Assembly (NCBI GenBank): GCA_019115965.1
Contig: DXCP01000016.1
Coordinates: 6,003-70,002, forward strand
From: Candidatus Olsenella excrementavium
GTDB lineage: Bacteria > Actinomycetota > Coriobacteriia > Coriobacteriales > Atopobiaceae
Direction of reading: 5' to 3'
Length of the DNA stretch: 64,000 nucleotides
Position 1 is the stretch's first letter; every line of letters begins with the position of its first letter. This document shows positions 29,675 through 40,783 of the stretch, piece after piece. A program made the position numbers and the translations under genes. Under the pieces are notes generated by a model. It saw only the letters and a program-made list of their open reading frames with translations, searched no databases and was not told the origin of the DNA.

Positions 29675-30928
29675 ATGACCAAGCGACACCTCCTGACCCG
29701 CCGCCAGGCGCTCGGCTCTGCCGGCGCCCTTCTCGCCCTCGCGCTCGGCGGGTGCTCGGACCTCCCGGCCGGGACGGGTGGCTCCGACGACGACCGCGCC
29801 ACGGTCTCCGACCGTCCGGCGCCCTCGGCAGAGGAGGAGCCCTCCGAGGAGCCCGCCCTCGAGGAGGACCCGCTCGACGCCAGGGTCAGCGCCGCGATGG
29901 ACAAGCTGACGCTCGAGCAGAAGATCTGGCAGCTCTTCGTCGTGCGTCCCGAGGCAGTCACGGGCGTGAGCGTCCAGACCGCCGCCGGTGAGGCGACGCG
30001 CGCCGCGCTCGCCGAGCGCCCGGTGGCCGGCATCTGCTACTTTGCCGCCAACCTCCTCGACGCCGACCAGACGCGCTCGATGCTCTCCAACACGATGGAG
30101 TACGGTCGCGAGGCCAACGGCCTGCCGATGTTCCTGTGCGTGGACGAGGAGGGCGGCACGGTCTCGCGCGTGGGCGGCAACCCAGGCTTTGGCGTGGACA
30201 ACGTCGGCAACATGTGCGACGTGGGAGCGACCGGCGACACCGCGCACGCCCAAGAAGTCGCCAAGGGCATTGGGACCTACCTCGACTATCTTGGCTTCAA
30301 CGTGGACTTTGCCCCGGATGCGGATATCGCCAACAACCCGGATGGCACGATGGGCCTACGCTCCTTTGGCACCACCGCCGACGTGGTGGCGCCCATGGTG
30401 GCGGCCCAGGTGCGTGGCTTCGAGGAGGCGGGCATGCTCTGCGCGGCCAAGCACTTCCCGGGGATTGGCGGCGCGCTCGGCGACAGCCACGACACCTCGA
30501 TCTACTCCGAGAAGACCCTCGACGGGATTCGCGCGGAGGAGCTGCGGCCCTTCGAGGCGGCAATCGAGGAGGGCGTCCCGTTCGTGATGGTGGGTCACCT
30601 CTCGATGCCCAACGTCACGGGCGACGATGACCCCGCCTCCATCTCGAGTGAGATCGTGACCGACCTCCTGCGAAACGAGCTCGGCTACGAGGGCATCATC
30701 ATCACGGACTCCATGGGCATGGGTGCCGCGACGGAGGCCGTGGGCGTTGACCGCATCGCGGTGGCTGCGCTCTCGGCAGGCGTGGACATCGTGCTCATGC
30801 CGGCCGACCTCGATGCCGCCTACCAGGGCGTGGTTGACGCCGTCACGTCGGGCGAGCTCACCGAGGAGCGCATCGACGAGTCGGTGCGCCGCGTCATCCG
30901 CACCAAGCTGAGTCGCCTGGAGGCGTAA
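29675..30928 (+). CDS. GH3 beta-N-acetylhexosaminidase-like lipoprotein
   Basis: Twin-Arg-like RRQAL plus lipobox LGGC; DEEGG, KHFPG, DSH, ITDSMGM. Confidence 0.88.
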   Translation: MTKRHLLTRRQALGSAGALLALALGGCSDLPAGTGGSDDDRATVSDRPAPSAEEEPSEEPALEEDPLDARVSAAMDKLTLEQKIWQLFVVRPEAVTGVSVQTAAGEATRAALAERPVAGICYFAANLLDADQTRSMLSNTMEYGREANGLPMFLCVDEEGGTVSRVGGNPGFGVDNVGNMCDVGATGDTAHAQEVAKGIGTYLDYLGFNVDFAPDADIANNPDGTMGLRSFGTTADVVAPMVAAQVRGFEEAGMLCAAKHFPGIGGALGDSHDTSIYSEKTLDGIRAEELRPFEAAIEEGVPFVMVGHLSMPNVTGDDDPASISSEIVTDLLRNELGYEGIIITDSMGMGAATEAVGVDRIAVAALSAGVDIVLMPADLDAAYQGVVDAVTSGELTEERIDESVRRVIRTKLSRLEA

Positions 30929-30936
30929 GGGAACCC

Positions 30937-32847
<1,911 letters not shown>

Positions 32848-32866
32848 GGCGGCGACCTCCCGGCGC

Positions 32867-33085
32867 CTAGCGGACGATCTCGCAGTCGGGCTCGACGCGC
32901 GCGGCGAGGGCGACGACGCGGTCGAGGACCTCGTCGAAGCGCTCGTCCGCCGCGGAGAGCGTGAGCTTCTGCGTCATGAAGTTGACGGAGACGGCGTCGA
33001 CGCCGTCGAGCCTGGCGAGCTCGTCCTGAAGCTTGCGCGCGCAGTTGGCGCAGTCGATCTCGTCGAGCTTGAATGACTTGCGCAT
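32867..33085 (-). CDS. Small HMA metal-binding protein
   Basis: IDCANCA. Confidence 0.88.
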   Translation of the reverse strand: MRKSFKLDEIDCANCARKLQDELARLDGVDAVSVNFMTQKLTLSAADERFDEVLDRVVALAARVEPDCEIVR

Positions 33086-33094
33086 GATGACTCC

Positions 33095-33406
33095 TTACTC
33101 GCAGATGTGGGACATGCCCTGGTTGAGCATCGTGTAGACGTGATCGTCGGCGAGCGAGTAGACCACGTTGCGCCCGTCGCGCTGGAACTTCACCAGGTGC
33201 GCCTGCTTGAGCGTGCGCAGCTGGTGGGAGACGGCGCTCTGGGTGGTGCCGGTCTCCTCGGCGATGTCGGCGACGCAGAGCTCGCGGCCCATGAGGGCGT
33301 AGAGAATCTTGATGCGGGTGGTGTCGCTGAACACCTTGAACAGGTCGGCGAGGTCGTAGAGCAGCTCCTCGTCGGGCATCTCGGTGGGGGTGGGCTCCTC
33401 GGGCAT
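33095..33406 (-). CDS. ArsR/SmtB metalloregulator
   Basis: FKVFSDTTR, ELCVAD, SAVSHQL, DDHV. Confidence 0.92.
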   Translation of the reverse strand: MPEEPTPTEMPDEELLYDLADLFKVFSDTTRIKILYALMGRELCVADIAEETGTTQSAVSHQLRTLKQAHLVKFQRDGRNVVYSLADDHVYTMLNQGMSHICE

Positions 33407-33436
33407 GCACGCTCCTTCCGTATGAATGTGAGTATG

Positions 33437-33464
33437 ATTATATGAGCATACGTTCATATGTCAA
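33437..33464 (-). promoter_or_regulatory. Promoter with overlapping SmtB/CadC-type operator
   Basis: Minus-strand TTGACA-16nt-TATAAT; palindrome ATATGAGCATACGTTCATAT 33440-33459. Confidence 0.8.
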
Positions 33465-33491
33465 CGTATATTCTCTTCTTCTTGACGCCAA

Positions 33492-33601
33492 TACGCGTTT
33501 TCCAACGGAATTGGGGCCAAAAACGTAGGAAATCGCGTACTCGCATCTGGCGATACGCGATTTCCTGCGAAATTGAGCCCGGAAATGTTGGTTTTCGCGT
33601 A
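33492..33601 (+). repeat. Family A 110-bp double-hairpin element, orphan copy A1
   Basis: Four 16-bp arms TACGCGWTTTCCWACG / complement, 16-bp loops, 14-bp linker. Confidence 0.9.
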
Positions 33602-33639
33602 TTGCGACGGGAGGCGAGAAGTACGCCCGTCCGCGGCGC

Positions 33640-34218
33640 CTACGCGAACTCGATCTCGCCGGTCGCGGCGTCCATCGACTTCACGATGGCGAGCGACTCG
33701 ACCTGGTAGCCGCGGCGGCGCAGCTCGTCGCCTCCCGGCTGGAAGCCCTTCTCGATGGCGATGCCGATGCCCTCCACGATGACGCCCGCCTCGTCGCAGA
33801 TCTCAAGCAGGCCCCTCATCGCGCAGCCCATGGCCATGAAGTCGTCGATGATGAGCACGTGCTCGCCCGCCGTGAGGAAGCGCTTGGCAACGATGACCTG
33901 GTACTCGCGGCCCTTGGTATAGCTCGTGATGTTGGTGCGGTACTGGTCGCCGTCGAGGTTCTTGGACTCGGTCTTGCGCGCAAAGACAACCGGTACGCCG
34001 CCAAAGTGGGTTGCCGCAACACAGGCGATGCCGATGCCGGAGGCCTCGATCGTGAGGATCTTGTCGATGCGCTTGCCGGCGAAGAGGCGCGCCCACTCGG
34101 CGCCCATGTGGTCATAGAGGGCCACGTCGCACTGATGGTTGAGGAAGTTATCGACCTTGAGGACGTTGCCCTCGCGAACGATGCCGTCCTGGCGGATACG
34201 GTCCTCAAGCTCTTTCAT
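33640..34218 (-). CDS. xpt: Xanthine phosphoribosyltransferase
   Basis: [32 protein letters not shown]. Confidence 0.92.
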   Translation of the reverse strand: MKELEDRIRQDGIVREGNVLKVDNFLNHQCDVALYDHMGAEWARLFAGKRIDKILTIEASGIGIACVAATHFGGVPVVFARKTESKNLDGDQYRTNITSYTKGREYQVIVAKRFLTAGEHVLIIDDFMAMGCAMRGLLEICDEAGVIVEGIGIAIEKGFQPGGDELRRRGYQVESLAIVKSMDAATGEIEFA

Positions 34219-34305
34219 GCGCCTGCCCCTCTCGTGGTGGTGTTGACGTCCCGTCCATTATGCACGCTCGCCGTGCGTTTGGCGCCGTTCGCCTGAAAAC
34301 TCGTC

Positions 34306-34350
34306 TATTCTTATCGATAATCGATAATTAGTGGCATAAGAACGATAAGA
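34306..34350. promoter_or_regulatory. AT-rich operator-like palindromes upstream of DUF2975/Xre pair
   Basis: TTATCGATAA palindrome, repeated CGATAA, flanking TTCTTAT/ATAAGAA. Confidence 0.55.
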
Positions 34351-34380
34351 ACCGCTGGCGAGAAGAACGGGGTGATCGCA

Positions 34381-34983
34381 ATGACCAACGAGACCCTGAC
34401 GCGCGCCGACGCCGACCTCCGCATCCGCCGCACGGCGACCGTGGCCGCGTGGCTCTGTGCCATCGTGACCGCGGGGTCGCTCATCATGGCAGCCGTCTCG
34501 ATTGGGCTCGCGGCCGACCTGACGCGTGCGGGCATGCTCCAGGGCGGTCGCGACCTGCTCGCCGCGTTCTTCACCACGTCCGCCGATCTCGGCGGCGTCA
34601 CACGACTCGGCGGCGCGGCGCCCTATCAGGTGGCGAACGCTGTGGGTAGCGCACTCACCTTCGTCGCCTACCTCGGCGCCACGCGCGTCTGCCAGCGCGT
34701 CGCGCGAACGGGCGAGGTCTTCTCGCTCGACGTGGTGCGCGCCCTCAGGCGCGTCTCCTTCTTTCTCATCCTGGCGGCTTTCGTGCCGGGTCTCCTGCAC
34801 CTCGTGGGGCGTGCGATCTCCGGAGCGGTGGCGAGCCAGCTCATGGTGGAGGCCGCCTTCATTCCGGCAGGCACGGTGATTGTGGACAATGGTGCGCTCG
34901 CGATCGGGGCGCTGCTGTTTGCGATCTGCCGGATGTTCGAGTACGGCTGCATCCTGCAGAAGCAGGACGACGAGCTGCTGTGA
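34381..34983 (+). CDS. DUF2975 membrane protein
   Basis: Four TMs, GEVFS, FEYGCILQKQDDELL C-terminus; precedes YozG-like HTH. Confidence 0.8.
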   Translation: MTNETLTRADADLRIRRTATVAAWLCAIVTAGSLIMAAVSIGLAADLTRAGMLQGGRDLLAAFFTTSADLGGVTRLGGAAPYQVANAVGSALTFVAYLGATRVCQRVARTGEVFSLDVVRALRRVSFFLILAAFVPGLLHLVGRAISGAVASQLMVEAAFIPAGTVIVDNGALAIGALLFAICRMFEYGCILQKQDDELL

Positions 34984-34990
34984 GGTCGCG

Positions 34991-35206
34991 ATGATCGTCC
35001 TTCGACTCGACCGCATGCTCGCGGACCGCAAGATGCGCTCGAAGGAGCTCGCCGAGAAGATCGGCCTCACCGAGGTCAACCTCTCGCGCATCAAGTGCGG
35101 CAAGATCTCCGCCGTGCGCTTCTCCACGCTCGACGCCATCTGCCGCGAGCTGGGCTGCCAGCCAGGCGATATCCTCGAGTACGTTCCGGACGAGCCCGAG
35201 GCCTGA
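34991..35206 (+). CDS. Xre/Cro HTH regulator (YozG-like)
   Basis: NLSRIK.GK..AVRFSTL..IC..L.CQPGDI. Confidence 0.9.
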   Translation: MIVLRLDRMLADRKMRSKELAEKIGLTEVNLSRIKCGKISAVRFSTLDAICRELGCQPGDILEYVPDEPEA

Positions 35207-35401
35207 CGACGGGACGCCGCTCGCCGAAACGTAGTTCCCGTAAGCGTGTTACCGCTAGCTTGCAGCTAGCTCCCTACCGGAGATTCACGGCGTGACGTTC
35301 TTCTCGGCAATATGTTTTGAATATATCAAGGATTGTTTCATATGCGTCGCCGGCGCCGCTTGCCCGCTCGTGAAAGAATGCCCTCCACGAGGGGAGGAGC
35401 C

Positions 35402-36448
35402 ATGAGCGAGAAGGTCGAGCGGGAGCTGCAGGAGCTGTTCGCGGAGGCGGAGGCACGGGGCGCATGCCTGAGGCCGCCCGAGGAGCGCATCCGGGCGGCG
35501 TGCGCGCGGCGCACGGGCGAGGACGGGAAGCTCGTCTCGCCCGCGCATGGGCTCTACGCGCGTCGCGCGTGGTGGGACGAGCTCGGCTATTCCGCTCAGA
35601 CGCTTGCCGTCATGCGCTCCCTTCAGGCAGCCCATCCCGACTGGGTCTTCTGCGGACCGTCGGCCGCGCTCGCGCTCGGTTGCGACGTCTCCTACTCCCA
35701 GCAGCGCCCGCTTCACGTGATGCTCGAGAGCGGGTCGGTCTCCGCCCCAACGGCACTCGTGACGCACCATCGGCTCGCGCTCAACACGGATGACGCCAGG
35801 GAGAGGCCGCTCGAGGTGGGCGGCCTGCGCGTCATGCCGCTTCTCCGCACGATTCTCGACAGTCTGCGCTGGATGAGCTTCCGCGAGGGCATGGTCGTTG
35901 CCGACTGGGCGATGGGTGCGCGTGGCGTTGCGTGGCAGGACTTCGTCGAATACGCCTACCACCGGATTGGCTCCTGTCGCGGCGTCAAGTCCGCCCTGTC
36001 GACGTTCGTCCGCGCCACCGGGCTCGCCGAGAGCGGCGGCGAGTCGATTGCACGGGCCGTGATGATCGAGCAGGGTTACCTGCTCCCGACGCAGCAGGTC
36101 GAGGTGCCCGACCCGCTGCACCCGAGACGGACGTTTCGCGTGGACTTCGTCTGGGTGCGCGCCGACGGCCGTGTGATCGTGGGCGAGTGCGACGGACTGC
36201 GCAAGTTGCTCAACCCCGAGATGGCACGGGGGCGCACGCCGCAGCAGGTTCTTCTCGACCAGCGAAAGCGCGAGGGGCTCATCACCGCCTACGATGTCTC
36301 CGTCCTGCGCTTCACCTACGAGGAAGCGGCCGGGGTGACCGAGCTCGTCCGAAAGCTCGACCTCTACGGCGTGCCGCGCCTGGGCTCGCCGCTCGTGCCT
36401 ACCGGTCCGATGCCGCTTCCGGACTGGGGCAGGCTCCTGCGACGGTAG
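35402..36448 (+). CDS. AbiEi-like N-terminus + DUF559/Vsr-like putative nuclease (family A-associated)
   Basis: VFCGPSAA, V..LLRTILD, ESGGES, RVDF, GECDG..K, DQRKRE, VLRF; RBS GGAGGAG. Confidence 0.7.
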   Translation: MSEKVERELQELFAEAEARGACLRPPEERIRAACARRTGEDGKLVSPAHGLYARRAWWDELGYSAQTLAVMRSLQAAHPDWVFCGPSAALALGCDVSYSQQRPLHVMLESGSVSAPTALVTHHRLALNTDDARERPLEVGGLRVMPLLRTILDSLRWMSFREGMVVADWAMGARGVAWQDFVEYAYHRIGSCRGVKSALSTFVRATGLAESGGESIARAVMIEQGYLLPTQQVEVPDPLHPRRTFRVDFVWVRADGRVIVGECDGLRKLLNPEMARGRTPQQVLLDQRKREGLITAYDVSVLRFTYEEAAGVTELVRKLDLYGVPRLGSPLVPTGPMPLPDWGRLLRR

Positions 36449-36462
36449 GCGCGAGCCAGCAA

Positions 36463-36572
36463 TACGCGATTCCCAACGAAATAGGGCCCTGAAACGTTGG
36501 AAAACGCGTACTGCCAATCGGCAATACGCGAAAACCAACAGAATCAGGGCCAGAAACGTAAGAAAACGCGTA
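36463..36572 (+). repeat. Family A element copy A2, 14 bp after the nuclease-like gene stop
   Basis: Same 16/16/16/14/16/16/16 geometry as A1 and A3. Confidence 0.9.
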
Positions 36573-36598
36573 CTACGCGCGGGCGAGAAGAACGTGCG

Positions 36599-37579
36599 CT
36601 AGCCGCGCTTGCGCCCAAAGAACGACAGGATCGGCAGCCGGCCGCGATACGGACTGACGAAGTCCTCCTCGCCGATCTGCTCGGACTCCTCGACCTCGGG
36701 CGAGACGCTCTCCACCACACCGTTGGGGACGTCGGCCACGGGCATGTCGGTGATGTCGGGCACGACGGTGGCGACGGGCGTCTCCTCGCCGGTGGCCTGT
36801 GCGGCGGCCTCGGCCTTCTCGCGGTAGCGCAGCATCATGTCGCGCTGCAGCTCAACGACGCTCGGCGGCGCCCAGATGAGCGCGTTCGCGCCGGCGGCGA
36901 CCGTTGCCGCGGCGGTCTCGTCATCGCGCCCGCCAGTGGCGATGATCGGCAGCGCGGGGAAGGCGGCGCGCAGCTCGGCGATGACCTCGGGCGTGCGACG
37001 CCCGGCAGCGACGTTGATGATGCGCGCGCCGGCCTGGATCTTCTCGGCGGCCTCGTTGTCAAAGCGCGTGATCGTGGCGATCACGGGGATGTCCACGGTG
37101 GAGGCGACCTGCGCGACCATCTCCGGCGTGGCAGGGGAGTTGAGCACCACGCCCGCCGCGCCCTGCATCTCGGAGACAGCGGCGAGCTCGGCGGCGCGCC
37201 GGCCCGTGGTGGTGCCGCCGCCCACGCCCACGAAGAGCGGCGCCTCGGCAACGGTGAGCAGCGCCTGCGTGATGGCGGGCTGCGCCGTGAACGGGTAGAC
37301 GGCAAAGATCGCGTCCGCGTTGGAGTTGCGGATCGCGGCGACGTCGGTGGAGTAGAGCAGCGTCCGAATGCGGCGGCCAAAGAGCGTGAACCCGCTGCAC
37401 TCCTCATAGTTGTCCGGAACGCGCAGCGGCGCCTTGCGCAGGCGGCCCTCGATGGGCGCGGGACCGTCCGCGGCGGGCACCAGCTCGTGCGCAGCAAGGC
37501 CCACCTCAAAGATGCCGGAGCGCAGTGCCCCGGAGACGCCCTGCTCGGCAATCTCGTTCTTCTCGACGCTATCCTGCAT
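36599..37579 (-). CDS. TIM-barrel hydrolase/PEP phosphonomutase-like conserved protein with acidic C-terminal extension
   Basis: STDVA.IRN.NADA..AVYPFT.QP, GVGGG.T.G, ATGG. Confidence 0.7.
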   Translation of the reverse strand: MQDSVEKNEIAEQGVSGALRSGIFEVGLAAHELVPAADGPAPIEGRLRKAPLRVPDNYEECSGFTLFGRRIRTLLYSTDVAAIRNSNADAIFAVYPFTAQPAITQALLTVAEAPLFVGVGGGTTTGRRAAELAAVSEMQGAAGVVLNSPATPEMVAQVASTVDIPVIATITRFDNEAAEKIQAGARIINVAAGRRTPEVIAELRAAFPALPIIATGGRDDETAAATVAAGANALIWAPPSVVELQRDMMLRYREKAEAAAQATGEETPVATVVPDITDMPVADVPNGVVESVSPEVEESEQIGEEDFVSPYRGRLPILSFFGRKRG

Positions 37580-37604
37580 GAGACCTCCCGGGCTCAGATG
37601 AGAT

Positions 37605-38972
37605 TCAGCCATTGACTTGTTCCCCGTTGCGCCCTCGCCTATTCACGCAAAGGAGGGCGAGAAGGACGGCGAGCTCGAGGACGAGAAACGCGACGCGGGA
37701 CGGCTCGGACAGCCCCGAGACTCCCACGAGGAGACAACAGACTACCGCAAGCACGGGCGCCACGCGCCCACGCAGGATGCTCGCCTCGCCCGTGCCGCGC
37801 ATGCGCCAGGCGGCCGCGAAGTAGGGGAGCATGAGCAGCATCGTGAGGCAGACGCTCACCTCGGAGACGTCGCCATTGGGGATGAGGCTGCCGACCTGCA
37901 CGAACGCATGGACGCCGCTCCAGGCGAGCATGCACACCGTCGCCGCGAGCGCGCTGTTGACGGGAAAGCGCAGGCTCGGCGCCTCGCGCGCGAGCCAGGG
38001 GCCGAGTCGCCCGGAGACGTCCCCGCGCAGTCCGAGCGCCTGGGGGAGCCGGTGCAGCGAGAGCACGAGCCCGTTGCCGGTCCCGAGCACCGCGAGCAGC
38101 GCGATGAGGCTGGGCCATGCGGCGGCCCGCTCGCCGAAGAGCCGCGAGAAGAGGAGCGCGAGGCTACTGTCGCCGGCCTCCATGACCGTGGAAGGGCCGA
38201 GCGTCACGGAGATGCCCACGAAGTAGGCCAGGTAGAGCGCCAGGATGGCAATCGGGGCAACGACGAGGGCTATGGGCAGGTTGCGACGGGCGTCGCGCAG
38301 CTCCGGGGCAATGGAGGTCGCGGCCGGCCAGCCGTCGAAGGAGAAGGCAATCGGGGCGGCGGATGCGAGCCACGCAAGACCACCCGTTTCGACAGAGACG
38401 TCGGCGGCATCGGGGACGACCTGGGCGTGGCCCTCGGCCACGGAGACGAGTCCGACGATGCCCACGATCACGAGCGGCGCGACCTTGATCGCCGCAAACG
38501 CGTTCTGAGCCCAGCCGGAGGCGCGGGGTGCGAGGGCATTGGCGAGAGAGCAGGCGAGCATGAGCGCGAGCCCGATCGCCATCTGGTTTTCGAACGTGCC
38601 CGGCAGTCCGAACACCATGCACGCGTAGACGCCCGCGACCCAGAAGATCACCGCCGAGATGGACGGCAGGTAGACAAAGGCGTAGTGCAGCCCGATGAGC
38701 CGGGCAAAGCGCGGCGAGACGAACCGCTCCGCGTAGTCGACCAGGCCGCCCGCCCCGTCGGTGCGTGCGGCAAAGAGGGAAAGGCAGAGGCCGCCGAAGA
38801 CGATGTAGGTCGCGGCGAGGCAGAACATGGCCACGCCGGCCCCGACGCTGCCACCGGTGGCTATGAGCACGTTGTCGGACTTGAAGAAGATGCCCGATCC
38901 GATGCAGATGCCCATAATGAGGCAGATTGCGGTCGTCAGCGAGTAGCGGTGTCGCGCGTTCTTCTCGGCCAT
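37605..38972 (-). CDS. APC family amino acid permease
   Basis: IGSGIFFK, FSFDGW, RNLP; many TMs. Confidence 0.88.
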   Translation of the reverse strand: MAEKNARHRYSLTTAICLIMGICIGSGIFFKSDNVLIATGGSVGAGVAMFCLAATYIVFGGLCLSLFAARTDGAGGLVDYAERFVSPRFARLIGLHYAFVYLPSISAVIFWVAGVYACMVFGLPGTFENQMAIGLALMLACSLANALAPRASGWAQNAFAAIKVAPLVIVGIVGLVSVAEGHAQVVPDAADVSVETGGLAWLASAAPIAFSFDGWPAATSIAPELRDARRNLPIALVVAPIAILALYLAYFVGISVTLGPSTVMEAGDSSLALLFSRLFGERAAAWPSLIALLAVLGTGNGLVLSLHRLPQALGLRGDVSGRLGPWLAREAPSLRFPVNSALAATVCMLAWSGVHAFVQVGSLIPNGDVSEVSVCLTMLLMLPYFAAAWRMRGTGEASILRGRVAPVLAVVCCLLVGVSGLSEPSRVAFLVLELAVLLALLCVNRRGRNGEQVNG

Positions 38973-39078
38973 GGTCTCTCGCCTCCCTTCGTCGTCCGGC
39001 GAAACATGGTACCCGCCGGTCGACCCGCGGGGCGAGAAAAGACGATAATCACATCGACGGCAGAGGAGGGGGGACCGC

Positions 39079-40233
39079 ATGACGCAATCGAGAAGACCGC
39101 ATCCGAGGACGAGGACCGCGCGCACGGCGCGCCCGACCCGTTGCCGCAGGAGTTCGGTCGCGCCGCTGGTCGTGGCCGGCATCGCCGCGGCGTGCGTCGT
39201 CGGAGCGCTCGCGTGGGGCATCGTCTCGCTCGTGGGCTCGCTCGGGACCGGCGGCGCGCCGGCCGGCGTGGACGAGCGCGCACTTGTGACCGATACCGCG
39301 GTCTCCGGACCCGGTGAGATCGTGATTGGACTCAACGGCGACGAGGACACCTACGTTCTTGTCGGCGAGGAGTATCTCGAGGCCGGCGCGCACGCCACCG
39401 AGCCCACCGACGGCGTGCTCAACGACGCGATCGAGGTCTCCGGCGAGGTGGATACCACGAAGGCGGGCGACTATGAGGTCACCTACCGGGTCTCCGACTC
39501 CTCCGGGCACACGGCGGAAGCCGTGCGCACCGTCCACGTGGTCGACGAGATGGAGACCATGCAGGGTGGGGTACCGATCCTCATGTACCACTACGTCTAC
39601 TCGGCGGACAATCCGCCGGCCGCCCTTGACGGCAACTACCTGCTCGACACCAAGCTGGAGGAGCAGCTTGCCTATCTCGTGGAGAACGACTTCTACTTCC
39701 CGTCGTACCCCGAGGTCAGGGCGTTTATCGAGGGCGAGCACAGCCTTCCCGCCAGAAGCATCGTGCTCACCTTCGATGACGCCGAGGCGGGCTTTCTCAA
39801 CGTGGGCATACCGATTCTGGAGAAGTACGGCGTGCCCGCCACGTCGTTCGTGATCTGTTCCGACGCGGACGCCGCCCAGAAGGTCGTCGATCACCGGAGC
39901 CCCTACGTCTCGTTCCAGTCGCACTCCTACGGCCTGCACCAGGCTGGCGGTACCATCGGGCACGGAGGGCTGATCAGCGCGCTCACCAAGGACCAGATCG
40001 CCGAGGACCTGACGCACGCGCAGGAGATCCTGGGCACCACGGAGGCCTTCGCCTACCCCTTTGGCGACGTGACGGCGGACGGGCAGCAGGCCGTGCGCGA
40101 GGCGGGCATCCTCTGCGCGTTCACGACGCAGAACTCCTGGGCGCATGTGGGCGACGACGTCACGGCGCTGCCGCGCGTGCGCATCTCGGGCGAGTACGAG
40201 CTCGCGGGGTTCGTGGCGCTCGTGAACGGATAG
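39079..40233 (+). CDS. Polysaccharide deacetylase with Ig-like (DUF5011) domain
   Basis: PILMYH, LTFDD, QSHS, AYPFG; VDTTKAGDY Ig motif. Confidence 0.88.
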   Translation: MTQSRRPHPRTRTARTARPTRCRRSSVAPLVVAGIAAACVVGALAWGIVSLVGSLGTGGAPAGVDERALVTDTAVSGPGEIVIGLNGDEDTYVLVGEEYLEAGAHATEPTDGVLNDAIEVSGEVDTTKAGDYEVTYRVSDSSGHTAEAVRTVHVVDEMETMQGGVPILMYHYVYSADNPPAALDGNYLLDTKLEEQLAYLVENDFYFPSYPEVRAFIEGEHSLPARSIVLTFDDAEAGFLNVGIPILEKYGVPATSFVICSDADAAQKVVDHRSPYVSFQSHSYGLHQAGGTIGHGGLISALTKDQIAEDLTHAQEILGTTEAFAYPFGDVTADGQQAVREAGILCAFTTQNSWAHVGDDVTALPRVRISGEYELAGFVALVNG

Positions 40234-40242
40234 GGGGCGCCG

Positions 40243-40686
40243 CTAGGGGACGAGGACGCTCCGGAGCCCGGAAGTGCAGCTGTCAAGCACGTCTCCAAAG
40301 ACGCCGAGAAAGGTGAGGATCAGGATGACAACGGCGAGCCAGGTAACGGTCGAGCCCGTCCGCGTCGTCTTTCCGCGCTGGCGAGCTGCGTCGGCCGCTC
40401 GCTGCCACTGCTGCCCGCGCGACGGCGTACCCGCCCCGCTCGGGGCCGCGCCAGTCTCGCAGGTAGAGGGTGCGTCGTAGTCGTGGCTTCGCGTGACGGG
40501 CGCCTGGTAGTTGTCCTCGGGCTTGTGGGGCACACCGCCCTTCTCGCCGTGCGGGGCATAGGAGACCTCATCCTCGGCACCCTCTTCGGCGAGCCATTCG
40601 GGCTCGTCGCCGGGCATGACGGGGTCACCCGCGTTGAAGGGGTCGATCTGGCTGTCGGGCGTGCTCGAGAACATGAAGCGAGGCAT
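40243..40686 (-). CDS. Hypothetical protein with C-terminal TM
   Basis: RBS AGGAGG, acidic N-terminus, one TM. Confidence 0.55.
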   Translation of the reverse strand: MPRFMFSSTPDSQIDPFNAGDPVMPGDEPEWLAEEGAEDEVSYAPHGEKGGVPHKPEDNYQAPVTRSHDYDAPSTCETGAAPSGAGTPSRGQQWQRAADAARQRGKTTRTGSTVTWLAVVILILTFLGVFGDVLDSCTSGLRSVLVP

Positions 40687-40783
40687 TCTGACCCCTCCTT
40701 ACGACCTTTTGTCCGTTCCAGTATATTGCGACGTGGGCCGTATGGGTATGCTAAGGGGACGTAAGCCGTTCTAAGGAGCGCAT

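Noticed and set aside
35402-36448. CTP synthase (label sometimes attached to similar actinobacterial proteins)
   Set aside because: No synthetase P-loop or glutaminase triad visible
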